From an uncultured Clostridia bacterium (GTDB lineage: Bacteria > Bacillota > Clostridia > Oscillospirales > Ruminococcaceae): a stretch of 64,000 nucleotides of DNA. Under the pieces are notes generated by a model. The model was given only the letters and a program-made list of their open reading frames with translations. It was not told where the DNA came from and searched no databases. This document shows, piece by piece, positions 1 to 10,028 of the stretch (position 1 is its first letter; the number at the start of each line of letters is the position of its first letter). The stretch is from assembly GCA_947630825.1 (NCBI GenBank), contig CANRJA010000009.1:686-64685 (forward strand), read 5' to 3'. Position numbers and translations under genes: made by a program.

Positions 1-1516
1 AGATATTACCTGTTGAACCGTCTATTGAGATGTAATCGCCCTCGTTGAATGTCTTTCCAGCGAGTGTGAACTTCTTGTTTTCCTCGTCCATAACTATTTC
101 GGCACAGCCTGATACACAGCAAGTACCCATACCACGGGCAACAACGGCAGCGTGAGATGTCATACCTCCGCGAACTGTCAAAATACCCTGTGAAGCCTTC
201 ATACCTGTAATATCCTCAGGTGAAGTCTCAAGACGTACAAGAACGACCTTTTCGCCCTTAGCGTTCCAGTTTTCAGCGTCCTCTGCTGTGAATACTATCT
301 TACCGCAGGCAGCTCCGGGAGAAGCGCCAAGACCCTTTCCGATAGGTGTAGCAGCCTTTAGCTCCTTAGCGTCAAACTGCGGGTGAAGAAGTGTGTCAAG
401 GTTTCTTGGGTCGATCATCAAAACAGCCTTTTCCTCTGAAATCATACCCTCGTCAACAAGGTCACAGGCGATCTTCAAAGCAGCAGGCGCTGTTCTCTTA
501 CCATTTCTTGTCTGAAGCATATAAAGCTTTCTGTCTTCAATAGTAAACTCCATATCCTGCATATCTCTGTAGTGGTCCTCAAGAGTGTTGCAGATATTAA
601 CAAACTGTTCGTAAACCTCAGGCATAACCTCTTTAAGCTGTGAGATAGGCTGCGGTGTTCTTACACCTGCAACAACGTCCTCGCCCTGAGCGTTCATCAA
701 GAACTCGCCCATGAGGTGTTTTTCACCTGTAGCAGGGTCACGGGTAAACGCAACACCTGTACCTGATGTTTCACCCATATTACCAAATGCCATCATCTGT
801 ACGTTTACAGCAGTACCCCATGAATATGGGATATCATTATCACGGCGGTATACGTTAGCACGAGGGTTATCCCATGAACGGAATACAGCCTTAACAGCTC
901 CCATAAGCTGTTCAACAGGATCTGTCGGGAAGTCCTCGCCAATCTTTTCCTTATACTCTGCCTTGAACTGTGAAGCAAGCTCCTTCAAGTCGTCAGCAGT
1001 AAGCTCAACGTCCTGAGTAACACCCTTCTTTTCCTTCATTTCATCGATAAGCTCTTCAAAATACTTCTTGCCGACTTCCATAACTACGTCTGAGTACATC
1101 TGAATGAATCTTCTGTAGCAGTCCCAAGCCCAACGAGGGTTGCCTGACTTCTTAGCCATAACCTCTACAACCTTTTCGTTAAGACCGAGATTTAAGATAG
1201 TATCCATCATACCCGGCATTGAAGCACGAGCTCCAGAACGTACTGAAACAAGTAGAGGATTTTCGTCGTCGCCGAATTTCTTTCCGGTGATCTCCTCCAT
1301 CTTTCCGATATACTCCATAATCTGAGCCTGAATCTCATCATTGATCTGCTTGCCGTCCTCATAATACTGAGTACAAGCCTCTGTAGAAATTGTAAAGCCC
1401 TGCGGAACAGGCAGTCCGAGCTTTGTCATCTCAGCAAGGTTTGCGCCCTTACCGCCGAGAAGCTCTCTCATAGTAGCGTCGCCCTCTGAGAACAAATAAA
1501 CCCATTTTTTGCTCAT
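1..1516 (-). CDS. ppdK: Pyruvate, phosphate dikinase, N-terminal ~505 codons (3' end beyond the window edge)
   Basis: Open-ended, so absent from the ORF track. Minus-strand translation from ATG 1516-1514 reads MSKKWVYLFSEGDATMRELLGGKGANLAEMTKLGLPVPQGFTIST... It contains GGMTSHAAVVARGMG, the phospho-His motif of PEP-utilising enzymes. GGAGG RBS complement at 1526-1530. Confidence 0.93.
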   Translation of the reverse strand, partial: MSKKWVYLFSEGDATMRELLGGKGANLAEMTKLGLPVPQGFTISTEACTQYYEDGKQINDEIQAQIMEYIGKMEEITGKKFGDDENPLLVSVRSGARASMPGMMDTILNLGLNEKVVEVMAKKSGNPRWAWDCYRRFIQMYSDVVMEVGKKYFEELIDEMKEKKGVTQDVELTADDLKELASQFKAEYKEKIGEDFPTDPVEQLMGAVKAVFRSWDNPRANVYRRDNDIPYSWGTAVNVQMMAFGNMGETSGTGVAFTRDPATGEKHLMGEFLMNAQGEDVVAGVRTPQPISQLKEVMPEVYEQFVNICNTLEDHYRDMQDMEFTIEDRKLYMLQTRNGKRTAPAALKIACDLVDEGMISEEKAVLMIDPRNLDTLLHPQFDAKELKAATPIGKGLGASPGAACGKIVFTAEDAENWNAKGEKVVLVRLETSPEDITGMKASQGILTVRGGMTSHAAVVARGMGTCCVSGCAEIVMDEENKKFTLAGKTFNEGDYISIDGSTGNI

Positions 1517-1781
1517 TGGTATTTACCTCCATAAAAAAATTTAAAATTCTTCCGGTGGGAACGGCGCTCAGCCTAATCCCGACGGACATATAAAGATTAT
1601 AACAGATTTATTTTTAAAATGCTAGCCCTTTTTGGTAATTTGTTTGCAAAATTGAGGGAAAAATTTATTAACTTTTTTGTTAGTTATATATAAATTTGGC
1701 ACAAATGGTGTTGTAAACGACAAATTTATATTGTATAATTAAAGCATAATACATAAAAACTTTTGAAACGGAGACATTTTT

Positions 1782-3209
1782 ATGAAAAATTCTGTTGTTA
1801 TTCTTGCAGGCGGACAAGGCAAGCGTATGAAAACCGATATGCCGAAAGCACTGTGTGAGGTTTTGGGAAAGCCTATGCTTCAATGGGTTATCGAGGCATG
1901 CGAAGAAGCCGGCTTAAATAACATATGTGTAGTCAAGGGCTTTGCGGGAGAATATATAGAAAGCTTTTTGCAGGGAAAGTATACTACCGCACTTCAGGCT
2001 GACCGTCTGGGAACGGGCCATGCAGTTATGCAAGCGGTAAACTTTCTGCGCGAACATTCAGACGGCAACACTCTTATCCTCTGCGGAGACGCACCATTTA
2101 TCGACAGCAGAACTATAAAAAACTCACTTAAACTACACGAGGAGAAAGACTTGTCTGTTACTGTTGTAACATCTGTTGTTGACGAGCCTTACGGCTACGG
2201 CAGGATTATCAGGACTGAAAACGGCATATCAGGAATTGTCGAGGAACGTGACTGCACAGATGAGCAGAAAAAAATTAAAGAGATAAATTCCGGCTGTTTC
2301 TGGTTTAAGACAAAGGATCTGCTGGACGTGCTGTTCAGCATAAAGCCAGACAATGCTCAAGGCGAATACTATCTCACCGACTGCATATCGCTGCTTATCA
2401 AAAACGGAAAATCAGCAGACGCTTATATTTCTGATAACGAGAATGTTTCGCTCGGCGCAAATGACAGGCGTGGACTTCTCCACTTAAACGATATAGCAAG
2501 ACGACAGATAATAAACAAGCACCTTGATAACGGTATTGAATTCACCTGCACAGACGGCGTAAGTATTTCAAACGGTGTTAAAATCGGTACAGGTACGGTT
2601 ATCCACGCAGGAGTTATCCTCAAGGGCAACACAGAAATAGGCAACGGCTGTGAGATAGGTCCTAACACCTGTCTAAACAACACAAAGGTAGGCAGAGACA
2701 CTAAGCTCAACAATGTTGTTGCAAACGAAAGCGTTATAGGAAACGGAGTAACTATAGGTCCTTGGGTTCAGCTTCGCCCTAATACGCACATTGCAAACGG
2801 AGCTAAGATAGGCGATTTCGTTGAAATTAAGAACTCAAACATTGGCGAAGGTACGGCTGTTGCACATCTTACATATGTCGGCGACAGCGATGTCGGTGAA
2901 AATGTCAACTTCGGATGCGGCGTTGTCACAGTGAACTACAACGGCGACAAGAAATTCAGAACGACCATAGGCGACAACTCGTTTATCGGCTGCAACACAA
3001 ACCTTATCGCACCTGTTAAGGTAGGAAAAAATGCATATACTGCGGCAGGCTCGACAGTTACAAAGGATGTTCCCGACGGAGCGCTGATGATAGAGAGAGG
3101 TCAGGGCGTTATTAAAGACGGCTACGCTGATAGAATGTTAAAGAACAGAAACGAAAAAATCGCAAAGGAAAAAGCCCAGCGTGACGCTGATAACAACAGC
3201 AAGAATTAA
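1782..3209 (+). CDS. glmU: Bifunctional UDP-N-acetylglucosamine pyrophosphorylase / glucosamine-1-phosphate N-acetyltransferase
   Basis: 475-aa ORF. N-terminal LAGGQGKRM nucleotidyltransferase motif and C-terminal hexapeptide (left-handed beta-helix) repeats (IGNGCEIGPN, IGNGVTIGP, IGDFVEIKN). Confidence 0.93.
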   Translation: MKNSVVILAGGQGKRMKTDMPKALCEVLGKPMLQWVIEACEEAGLNNICVVKGFAGEYIESFLQGKYTTALQADRLGTGHAVMQAVNFLREHSDGNTLILCGDAPFIDSRTIKNSLKLHEEKDLSVTVVTSVVDEPYGYGRIIRTENGISGIVEERDCTDEQKKIKEINSGCFWFKTKDLLDVLFSIKPDNAQGEYYLTDCISLLIKNGKSADAYISDNENVSLGANDRRGLLHLNDIARRQIINKHLDNGIEFTCTDGVSISNGVKIGTGTVIHAGVILKGNTEIGNGCEIGPNTCLNNTKVGRDTKLNNVVANESVIGNGVTIGPWVQLRPNTHIANGAKIGDFVEIKNSNIGEGTAVAHLTYVGDSDVGENVNFGCGVVTVNYNGDKKFRTTIGDNSFIGCNTNLIAPVKVGKNAYTAAGSTVTKDVPDGALMIERGQGVIKDGYADRMLKNRNEKIAKEKAQRDADNNSKN

Positions 3210-3223
3210 AAAACAGGTTACTT

Positions 3224-3258
3224 TAATTATCAATTATCCATTGTAAATTATCAATTAA
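3224..3258. repeat. Five tandem heptamers (TAATTAT CAATTAT CCATTGT AAATTAT CAATTAA), CCATTRT family
   Basis: Read directly. Starts 15 nt after the glmU stop. Same family as 25662-25724, 56444-56478, 57397-57431 and 58232-58273. Confidence 0.8.
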
Positions 3259-3325
3259 ATAAAATGCTTTACCCCCTGTCCTAAATGGAATGGGGGTTAA
3301 AGTGATGTATATAAAGGGGAAAATC

Positions 3326-3952
3326 ATGAGCATCTGGGATATATTTAAAAAAATAGAAAACGGGAATAACAATGTAAAGGGAAAAATTGAATACATTATA
3401 GTCGGTCTTGGAAATTTCGGCATAGAATATAATGAAACAAGGCACAACGCAGGTTTTATGGCGGTAGATAGACTTTCTAAGAAAAACGGCTTTGATATAA
3501 GCAGGGTCAAATTTAAATCAAAAACAGGAGAAACGCTTATTAATGGCAAACGTTGTCTTGTACTCAAGCCTACGACATATATGAACAACAGCGGAGAAGC
3601 TGTTGCTGAAGCTATGAACTTTTACAAAATCCCGATTGAAAACGTAATAGTGATTTATGATGATATTTCACTTGAGCCGGGAAAGCTGCGCATACGCAGA
3701 AAAGGCTCGGACGGCGGTCACAACGGCATTAAGAGCATTATTGCCCTTACAGGAAGTATTGAATTTCCCAGAATCAAAATCGGCGTCGGCAAAAAGCCTA
3801 ACCCAAATTACAATCTTGCCGACTGGGTGCTGTCGAAATTCAGCGAAGATGATAAGAAGGCTCTTGAGCCTGTGTTGGAAAAAGCGGTCGATTCACTTGG
3901 CTTTATTGTCGAAGGCAATATTGACAAGGCTATGAATTTGTATAATTCGTAA
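3326..3952 (+). CDS. pth: Peptidyl-tRNA hydrolase
   Basis: ORF 3290-3952. Start moved to ATG 3326, preceded by AAGGGGA. IIVGLGNFGIEYNETRHNAGF is the conserved Pth N-terminal motif. Confidence 0.9.
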   Translation: MSIWDIFKKIENGNNNVKGKIEYIIVGLGNFGIEYNETRHNAGFMAVDRLSKKNGFDISRVKFKSKTGETLINGKRCLVLKPTTYMNNSGEAVAEAMNFYKIPIENVIVIYDDISLEPGKLRIRRKGSDGGHNGIKSIIALTGSIEFPRIKIGVGKKPNPNYNLADWVLSKFSEDDKKALEPVLEKAVDSLGFIVEGNIDKAMNLYNS

Positions 3953-3977
3953 TCAACAATATATAATAGGTAAGCGT

Positions 3978-6900
3978 ATGAAAAACATCTTTAATGAAAT
4001 TTGCTGCAAGCTCGACTTCTATCAAGAAATTGAAAGGTCTATAAAAATCGGTAAAACTCCCCTGTCGCTAACGGGAGTTTCCTCTGTTCATAAAGCACAT
4101 CTGGCTTTGGCTCTCAGCGAGCTGAGGCCTTGCTGTATTATCTGCGATACTGAATCTGCGGCAAGGCGTATTTGCGAGGATATAAATGCTCTTTCACAAA
4201 AAGAGACTGCGTGTTTATTCCCTGCAAAAGATTTCAATTTTGCGTATGTTGACAGCTTTTCAAGAGAATATGAGCACAAAAGAATAGAGGCTCTCTCTAA
4301 AATCAGAAAAGGCTTGTCGAAAATTATAGTCACAACGGTCGAAGCGTGTATGCAAGGTACAATTCCACCTGAAAAGCTTGAGGAATACTCCTTTGACATT
4401 AAAACAGGCGAGGATTTAAACTTGTCAAATCTGACTTCATCACTTGTTTCAGCAGGTTATACTGAGTGCGAACAAGTTGAGGGACAGGCACAGTTTTCAA
4501 TCAGAGGAGGAATAGCGGATATTTTTCCTGTTCATTCCCCTCAGCCTTACAGAGTTGAACTGTGGGGCGATACTGTAGATAGTATTCATATGTTCGAGGT
4601 TGACTCTCAAAGAAGGCTTGAGAAGGTTAATTCTTTTACAGTCTCCCCTGCTCTGGAGGTTATATTCCCGTCTGCGGATGAATTTGCCCAAAGGATACGG
4701 GAGGTTATAAAAAAGCCCAGAGGGAAAAAAGCAGATAAAATCAAGGAAAAACTTTATGCTGATTTAGATTTGCTGGAATCGGGAATTTCTCTTAATAATC
4801 TTGATAAATACTATTCCCTTGCGTATGACAAGTTCTGCTCAGTTGTTGATTATTTCAAAGATAATATAATTATTATATCTGAAAACTCAAACTGCAAGGA
4901 GCAGGCGAAGGTGATTTCAACTCAGCTTTCTGAGGATATAAAAATGCTCTATGAGGACGGCATTCTTTTCAAACCGCTTGAGGGATTTTACTGCGAATAT
5001 GCAGAAGTTATGTTAAAGGCAGAAAACATATCGCTTATATACCTTGATACCTTTATGCGCGGCGGAAGCGATTTAAAACTACAAAGCCTTATCAACGCAA
5101 ACCCGCTGCAAACATCAAGCTGGGGCGGAGATATAAGACATCTTATTGAAGACTTAACAGCATACTGCGATCAAAATTACTGCGTTATTGTTTTCGCAGG
5201 AAGTGAAAAAACTCTGCCTATTTTGGCAAACGACCTGCGAGACAGCAATATACCTGCCGAGATACTCACCGATAAATCAGAAATAAAGTATGGACTTGTA
5301 TATGTTACCTATGGCAGCTTAAGCGGAGGCTTTGAGTACCCCGAAATAAAGTGTGCGATGATAACAGGTCAAAAGATAAACTCGACTAAGAAGAAGCCAA
5401 AGAGAAAATACAAAAAGGGCGAAGAAATCAAAAATCTCTCCGATATTTCAAACGGAGATCTTGTCGTTCACTCACTTTACGGAATAGGGCGGTTTTCGGG
5501 TATTCAAAAGCTTGAAACAAACGGCGTTACCAGAGACTACATTAAAATAAACTACGCAGGCTCGGATATTCTATACGTTCCTGTAACCCAGCTTGATTTG
5601 ATGTCACGTTACATTGGACCCCGTGATGATGCAAATATTAAGCTAAATAAACTTAATTCTTTGGAATGGCAAAAAACACGTAAACGTGTTAAAACCGCAG
5701 TTAAAGATATGGCAAATGAGCTTATTAAGCTGTACGCAAAAAGGCAGACGTCAAAAGGCTTTGCATTTTCTCCGGATAACGACTGGCAGGCAGATTTTGA
5801 AGAACGATTTGAATATCAGGAGACGGACGATCAACTTAGAACAATAAGCGAAATAAAGGAAGATATGCAAAAGCCTATCCCTATGGACAGACTTCTATGC
5901 GGAGATGTGGGCTTTGGAAAAACCGAAGTCGCACTAAGAGCCTGCTTTAAATGTATGCTTGATTCAAAGCAATGCGTTATTCTCGCCCCAACTACTGTAC
6001 TTGCGTGGCAGCACTATCAGACTGCTATAAAACGCTTTGAACACTTCCCTGTTAAAATTGAACTACTTTCCCGCTTCAGAACCCCAAAACAGCAAGCGCA
6101 GATAATAAAGGACCTTAAGCGAGGGGTTATTGATATGGTAATAGGAACTCACAGGCTTGTTCAAAAAGACGTCGAGTTTAAAAACCTAGGTCTGGCAGTT
6201 ATAGACGAGGAACAGAGGTTCGGCGTTGCTCATAAGGAACGCTTTAAGGAAATGTTTTCGGGCATTGATATTCTTACTCTTTCGGCAACGCCTATACCGA
6301 GAACTCTCAATATGGCTATGAGCGGAATACGGGATATGTCGGTGATTGAGGAGCCTCCGCAGGACAGATATCCCGTTCAGACATATGTTATCGAACACAA
6401 TGACGGAGTTATTGCAAACGCAATATCAAAAGAGCTGCGCCGAGGCGGACAGGTTTACTATATACACAATCGGATTGAAACTATCGACCGCTGTGTTTCA
6501 AAACTACAAAGTCTTCTGCCCGATGCTAGAATTGGTGTGGCGCATGGTCAGATTAATGAAAACGAGTTGTCAGAAATCTGGCGGCAGCTTATTGATAAGG
6601 AAATCGACATCTTGGTTTGCACAACTCTTATTGAAACAGGCGTTGATGTTCCGAATGTAAACACACTTATAATAGAGGACGCAGACAGACTTGGACTATC
6701 TCAGCTTTATCAGCTTAGAGGTAGAGTTGGAAGAAGCAGCAGACGCGCGTTTGCATATTTTACCTTCAGAAGAGGAAAGGTACTTACAGAAATAGCTTCT
6801 AAAAGGCTTAACGCAATAAGAGAGTTTACCCAGTTCGGCTCAGGGTTCAGAATAGCTCTGCGCGACCTTGAGATAAGAGGCGCAGGCTCTATTCTCTCAG

Positions 6901-7565
6901 GAAAACAGCACGGGCATATGGAAGCTGTTGGGTACGATATGTATATCAGGCTTTTAAACGAGGCTGTTGCCGAGCAAAAGGGAGAGGCACTCCCCTCCTC
7001 GCCGGAGGATTGCCTTGTTGATATTGCGATAGACGCATATATCCCTGAAAAGTATATAGAAAGTCTTTCACAGAGAATCGACGCTTACAGAAGAATAGCT
7101 TCAATTCAAAACGATGAAGACAGCAGTGATGTTTTAGAAGAATTAACTGACAGATACGGCAAAGCGCCCTCCGCTGTTTTGGGGCTTATTAATATCGCGC
7201 TTATGCGAAACACAGCCTCAAAGCTGGGCATAACAGAAATTACACAGCGCGGCGAATGGCTTTATTTTTACATCAAATCGCCCACTATTGAACAGATCAC
7301 TACTCTTAGGCAGGCTTATAAGCACAGAGTTGACTTTGAAGAAACTAAAAAACCTCACTTTAGAGTAAATCTTATACAAAAGCCTAAAAAGCAAAAATCT
7401 GCCGAGCTTATGAAAGAGGTTCTCGGTATAATGAACGGCAGTTTAAAGCCAAACGATATTATTCAAAGCACAGAACCAGACGCTTTTGGAGCAAAACCAA
7501 ATAAATATTTTAAAGGTATAAAATCAAAACCACTTATGCAGAAAGGAGTTAAAAATGAAGAATAA
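3978..7565 (+). CDS. mfd: Transcription-repair coupling factor
   Basis: 1195 aa. RNAP-interaction/CarD-like segment (LVVHSLYGIGRF). SF2 translocase motifs GDVGFGKTEVA, DEEQRFG, LSATPIPRT. Conserved pth-mfd synteny. Lys-rich C-terminal tail; overlaps the next gene by 11 nt. Confidence 0.95.
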   Translation: MKNIFNEICCKLDFYQEIERSIKIGKTPLSLTGVSSVHKAHLALALSELRPCCIICDTESAARRICEDINALSQKETACLFPAKDFNFAYVDSFSREYEHKRIEALSKIRKGLSKIIVTTVEACMQGTIPPEKLEEYSFDIKTGEDLNLSNLTSSLVSAGYTECEQVEGQAQFSIRGGIADIFPVHSPQPYRVELWGDTVDSIHMFEVDSQRRLEKVNSFTVSPALEVIFPSADEFAQRIREVIKKPRGKKADKIKEKLYADLDLLESGISLNNLDKYYSLAYDKFCSVVDYFKDNIIIISENSNCKEQAKVISTQLSEDIKMLYEDGILFKPLEGFYCEYAEVMLKAENISLIYLDTFMRGGSDLKLQSLINANPLQTSSWGGDIRHLIEDLTAYCDQNYCVIVFAGSEKTLPILANDLRDSNIPAEILTDKSEIKYGLVYVTYGSLSGGFEYPEIKCAMITGQKINSTKKKPKRKYKKGEEIKNLSDISNGDLVVHSLYGIGRFSGIQKLETNGVTRDYIKINYAGSDILYVPVTQLDLMSRYIGPRDDANIKLNKLNSLEWQKTRKRVKTAVKDMANELIKLYAKRQTSKGFAFSPDNDWQADFEERFEYQETDDQLRTISEIKEDMQKPIPMDRLLCGDVGFGKTEVALRACFKCMLDSKQCVILAPTTVLAWQHYQTAIKRFEHFPVKIELLSRFRTPKQQAQIIKDLKRGVIDMVIGTHRLVQKDVEFKNLGLAVIDEEQRFGVAHKERFKEMFSGIDILTLSATPIPRTLNMAMSGIRDMSVIEEPPQDRYPVQTYVIEHNDGVIANAISKELRRGGQVYYIHNRIETIDRCVSKLQSLLPDARIGVAHGQINENELSEIWRQLIDKEIDILVCTTLIETGVDVPNVNTLIIEDADRLGLSQLYQLRGRVGRSSRRAFAYFTFRRGKVLTEIASKRLNAIREFTQFGSGFRIALRDLEIRGAGSILSGKQHGHMEAVGYDMYIRLLNEAVAEQKGEALPSSPEDCLVDIAIDAYIPEKYIESLSQRIDAYRRIASIQNDEDSSDVLEELTDRYGKAPSAVLGLINIALMRNTASKLGITEITQRGEWLYFYIKSPTIEQITTLRQAYKHRVDFEETKKPHFRVNLIQKPKKQKSAELMKEVLGIMNGSLKPNDIIQSTEPDAFGAKPNKYFKGIKSKPLMQKGVKNEE

Positions 7566-8406
7566 ATTATTAAAAAATGCATTGTTAATAATTATCGGTT
7601 CTGCAATGTATGCGTTTTCAGTAAGCCTGTTTCTTACACCGAACAAAATAGCTCCCGGAGGTGTTTCTGGTATTGCAATTATGTTGGGGCACATAACACG
7701 TATTGGAGTAGGAGCGTTTATATTTTTGCTGAATATTCCGCTTCTTATTATAGGGCTTATAAAACTTGGCAAAAGCTTTTTTTGGGGTACAATGATAACT
7801 ATTTTCCTTACATCTGTCCTCACCGACTTATTTGCAAAGCTTCCTCCGCTTACTGATAATGTAATGCTTTCAGCTTTAGGCGGAGGCGTTTCTCTTGCAA
7901 TAGCAATAGGACTTATCTTCAAAGCGGGATACACCTCAGGCGGAACGGATATTATAGTTAGGCTTATAAAGTTAAGGCATAAGCACCTAAAATCAGGTAT
8001 CATATTCATTGCCGTTGACGGGATAATATCAATTGCATCGGGAATAGTTTTCAGAAATCCTGATTATTCGCTTTATGCACTGCTTGCACTTGTTGTTTCG
8101 AGCATTGTTTTAGACATAGTTTTATACGGAAGTGACGAAGCAAGGCTTGTCTATATAATCACTAAAAAAGAAAAAGAGATTGCTGACTACATTTTGAAAA
8201 AACTGGATATAGGCTGTACTTTACTTGACTGTCAGGGTGCATATTCAGGGGAAAAGCGTCACACAGTTATGTGCGCTATAAAAAAGCGTGATCTTCCCCA
8301 GCTTCAGGAATACATTCTGCAAACCGACCGTGATTCGTTTATGATAGTGACCTCCGCAAATGAAATATACGGAGAAGGTTACAAACTGAGAATGAATAAC
8401 TACTAA
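7555..8406 (+). CDS. YitT-family membrane protein (DUF2179 C-terminal domain)
   Basis: 283 aa. Multi-pass N-terminus with GGxSG-type motifs (APGGVSGIA, TSGGTDI) and a soluble C-terminal domain typical of the YitT/YczE family. Confidence 0.75.
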   Translation: MKNKLLKNALLIIIGSAMYAFSVSLFLTPNKIAPGGVSGIAIMLGHITRIGVGAFIFLLNIPLLIIGLIKLGKSFFWGTMITIFLTSVLTDLFAKLPPLTDNVMLSALGGGVSLAIAIGLIFKAGYTSGGTDIIVRLIKLRHKHLKSGIIFIAVDGIISIASGIVFRNPDYSLYALLALVVSSIVLDIVLYGSDEARLVYIITKKEKEIADYILKKLDIGCTLLDCQGAYSGEKRHTVMCAIKKRDLPQLQEYILQTDRDSFMIVTSANEIYGEGYKLRMNNY

Positions 8407-8575
8407 CCGCCGAGCCGGCGGAGGCTCTGCTGCCTTTGGGAAATTTTATTAATGTTTAACTTTGATAAACGGCAGGCTAGCACCTAAATGCAAGAACCAG
8501 AAGCAAGAGGCAAGACCGCCGAGCCGGCGGATGATCTATGCCTTTTACAAGTTTGCAAAGTGTAGCCGTTACGAT
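8407..8575. repeat. Mosaic intergenic repeat: GC hairpin, box A, AAG-heptad tract, GC hairpin, degenerate box A
   Basis: CCGCCGAGCCGGCGG occurs at 8407-8421 (directly after the stop codon) and again at 8516-8530. Box A (CTGCCTTTGGG...AAACGGCAG) at 8429-8475. GCAAGAACCAGAAGCAAGAGGCAAGA tract at 8490-8515. Related copies at 32.5, 38.8, 47.2 and 50.1 kb. Confidence 0.85.
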
Positions 8576-8600
8576 TTACTTTGAGAAAATGATAAACCAC

Positions 8601-8629
8601 TTGATTTTGGAATAAATCTAGTGTATAAT
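8601..8629 (+). promoter_or_regulatory. Sigma-A type promoter for tRNA-Ser
   Basis: TTGATT (8601-8606), 17-nt spacer, TATAAT (8624-8629), about 60 nt upstream of the tRNA. Confidence 0.6.
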
Positions 8630-8691
8630 AACTATGTAATAATTATAAAGCACAATATGTTACTATACTAATTGTGCTGATAAAATAGTAC

Positions 8692-8780
8692 GGAAGCGTA
8701 TCGAAGTGGTCATAACGGGCCTGACTCGAAATCAGGTAGTCCTCTCGGACTCGTGGGTTCGAATCCCACCGCTTCCGCCA
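8692..8780 (+). tRNA. tRNA-Ser (anticodon CGA), CCA encoded
   Basis: Acceptor GGAAGCG/CGCTTCC. Anticodon stem CCTGA/TCAGG with loop CTCGAAA (CGA at 8727-8729). Long variable arm TAGTCCTCTCGGACTC. T-arm GTGGG-TTCGAAT-CCCAC. Discriminator G plus CCA. Confidence 0.93.
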
Positions 8781-8883
8781 CCGGCGAGCCGCCGGAGCCC
8801 GTTCGCGTTTCGCATTTGTGAAACGTGAATTTTTTATATTTCGCGCTAGCAGTTACATCTATTTTGTTAAGTATTTATAGATT

Positions 8884-8918
8884 AAGCACGGTATACGACT
8901 ATTTATCGTGCTTTTTTT
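8884..8918 (+). terminator. Intrinsic terminator downstream of tRNA-Ser
   Basis: Stem AAGCACG/CGTGCTT with a 16-nt loop, followed by TTTTT. Confidence 0.5.
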
Positions 8919-8947
8919 GTTATTACTGCAAAAACCCAAAGGTTTAT

Positions 8948-8981
8948 CTTAAAAATAAATATCCCCAGCAAAGCTGGGGAT
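8948..8981 (-). terminator. Intrinsic terminator of galT
   Basis: ATCCCCAGC-AAA-GCTGGGGAT hairpin. On the minus strand it is followed by ATTTATTTTT. Confidence 0.75.
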
Positions 8982-9036
8982 AAAATTACAATGACAAAAA
9001 TTACTGCTCAGCGTATTAGGTTTTATATAAATAATT

Positions 9037-10008
9037 TTACTTAATGTTTTGGATAAATTTTTTATACGCCTGACGAAGCTCTTTAGAAGTTTCCTCAGGG
9101 CAGGTTGGGTTGCAATGCGCCCACACACCTGTTTCTGACGAAGCGTTAAATTTTATTTTATCAGCCGATCTCATCGGCGGAAAAAACTCGATATGGAAAT
9201 GGAAATCCTTCGAGTGATCTCCGCTGTTGACGGGAGCATTGTGCATACACATCATATAGGGAAATTTTATGTCAAACAAGCTGTCTAACATACCTGCGGT
9301 TTGCTTTATGGTCTGACCGAGTACGTATCTTTCCTCGGCATTGAAATCGGTTATATACTGCTTATGGTCGTTGGCAAAGATATAAACCCCGTAAGGATAC
9401 TCTGTAAAGAAGGGCAAAAATACGGTAAAATACTTATTTTTAAAAATAATTCTTCTTCCGTCATTAAGCTCATGCTCAAGCATATCGCAGTAAATACATT
9501 TACCCTTTTGCTCTATATGCTCCTTAGCAGATTCAATTTCAAGCTGAATTTTCTTAGGAACAAACGGATAACCGTACATCTGACCGTGAGGGTGTGGCAT
9601 AGTTACGCCTACTGCCTCGCCTCTGTTTTCAAAAATAAATACATACTTAATTTTCTCATCATCAGCCATTGCGCAAAATCTCTCACACCACAAATCTACA
9701 AGCTTTGCGACATGGTCGTCGGTCAGTTCAGGAAGGGTAGCCGTATGGCTGGGAGAATACAATATAACCTCACATTTGCCGTAATTTTTCTCTACCTTGA
9801 AAAAATCGTCCGCAACGTCGTCAGGCTCTGGCGGATTTTGAGAAAGCGCCGGAAAATCGTTATCATATTTGAGTACCTCATAATCGGGAACATTCCCGAA
9901 CGACGGACAAAAAGGACAATAATCCTTTGGCATCTGCGGTCTTGCCTGTCTGTTTGAAGCTATCATTATCCAATCCTTAGTAAACGGGTGCCATCTAAGC
10001 TCTGCCAT
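9037..10008 (-). CDS. galT: Galactose-1-phosphate uridylyltransferase (HIT superfamily)
   Basis: ORF 9037-10023 begins at a TTG that overlaps the RBS. The true start is probably ATG 10008, 8 nt after GGAGG. CPFCP zinc motif and HPHGQ active-site motif. Confidence 0.88.
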   Translation of the reverse strand: MAELRWHPFTKDWIMIASNRQARPQMPKDYCPFCPSFGNVPDYEVLKYDNDFPALSQNPPEPDDVADDFFKVEKNYGKCEVILYSPSHTATLPELTDDHVAKLVDLWCERFCAMADDEKIKYVFIFENRGEAVGVTMPHPHGQMYGYPFVPKKIQLEIESAKEHIEQKGKCIYCDMLEHELNDGRRIIFKNKYFTVFLPFFTEYPYGVYIFANDHKQYITDFNAEERYVLGQTIKQTAGMLDSLFDIKFPYMMCMHNAPVNSGDHSKDFHFHIEFFPPMRSADKIKFNASSETGVWAHCNPTCPEETSKELRQAYKKFIQNIK

Positions 10009-10028
10009 ATAAAAATCCTCCAATATTT

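Noticed and set aside
711-1325. Plus-strand ORFs 711-1016 and 1140-1325
   Set aside because: They are antisense to the clearly recognisable ppdK reading frame, with no motifs or RBS.
3260-3300. Hairpin ACCCCC...GGGGGT after glmU as an intrinsic terminator
   Set aside because: The stem is short with a 15-nt loop and no T-run follows. pth starts about 30 nt later, so glmU-pth co-transcription is more likely.
7524-8009. 161-aa minus-strand ORF antisense to the yitT-like gene. The same reasoning covers other long antisense ORFs at 10670-11035, 22344-22775, 26447-26890, 41175-41612, 45043-45489, 46595-47044, 47866-48264 and 50795-51208.
   Set aside because: All are embedded in well-supported genes on the other strand and lack RBS or recognisable domains.
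9301-9957. 218-aa plus-strand ORF antisense to galT
   Set aside because: It lies completely inside galT on the opposite strand and has an odd composition with no motifs. It is a typical shadow ORF in AT-rich DNA.
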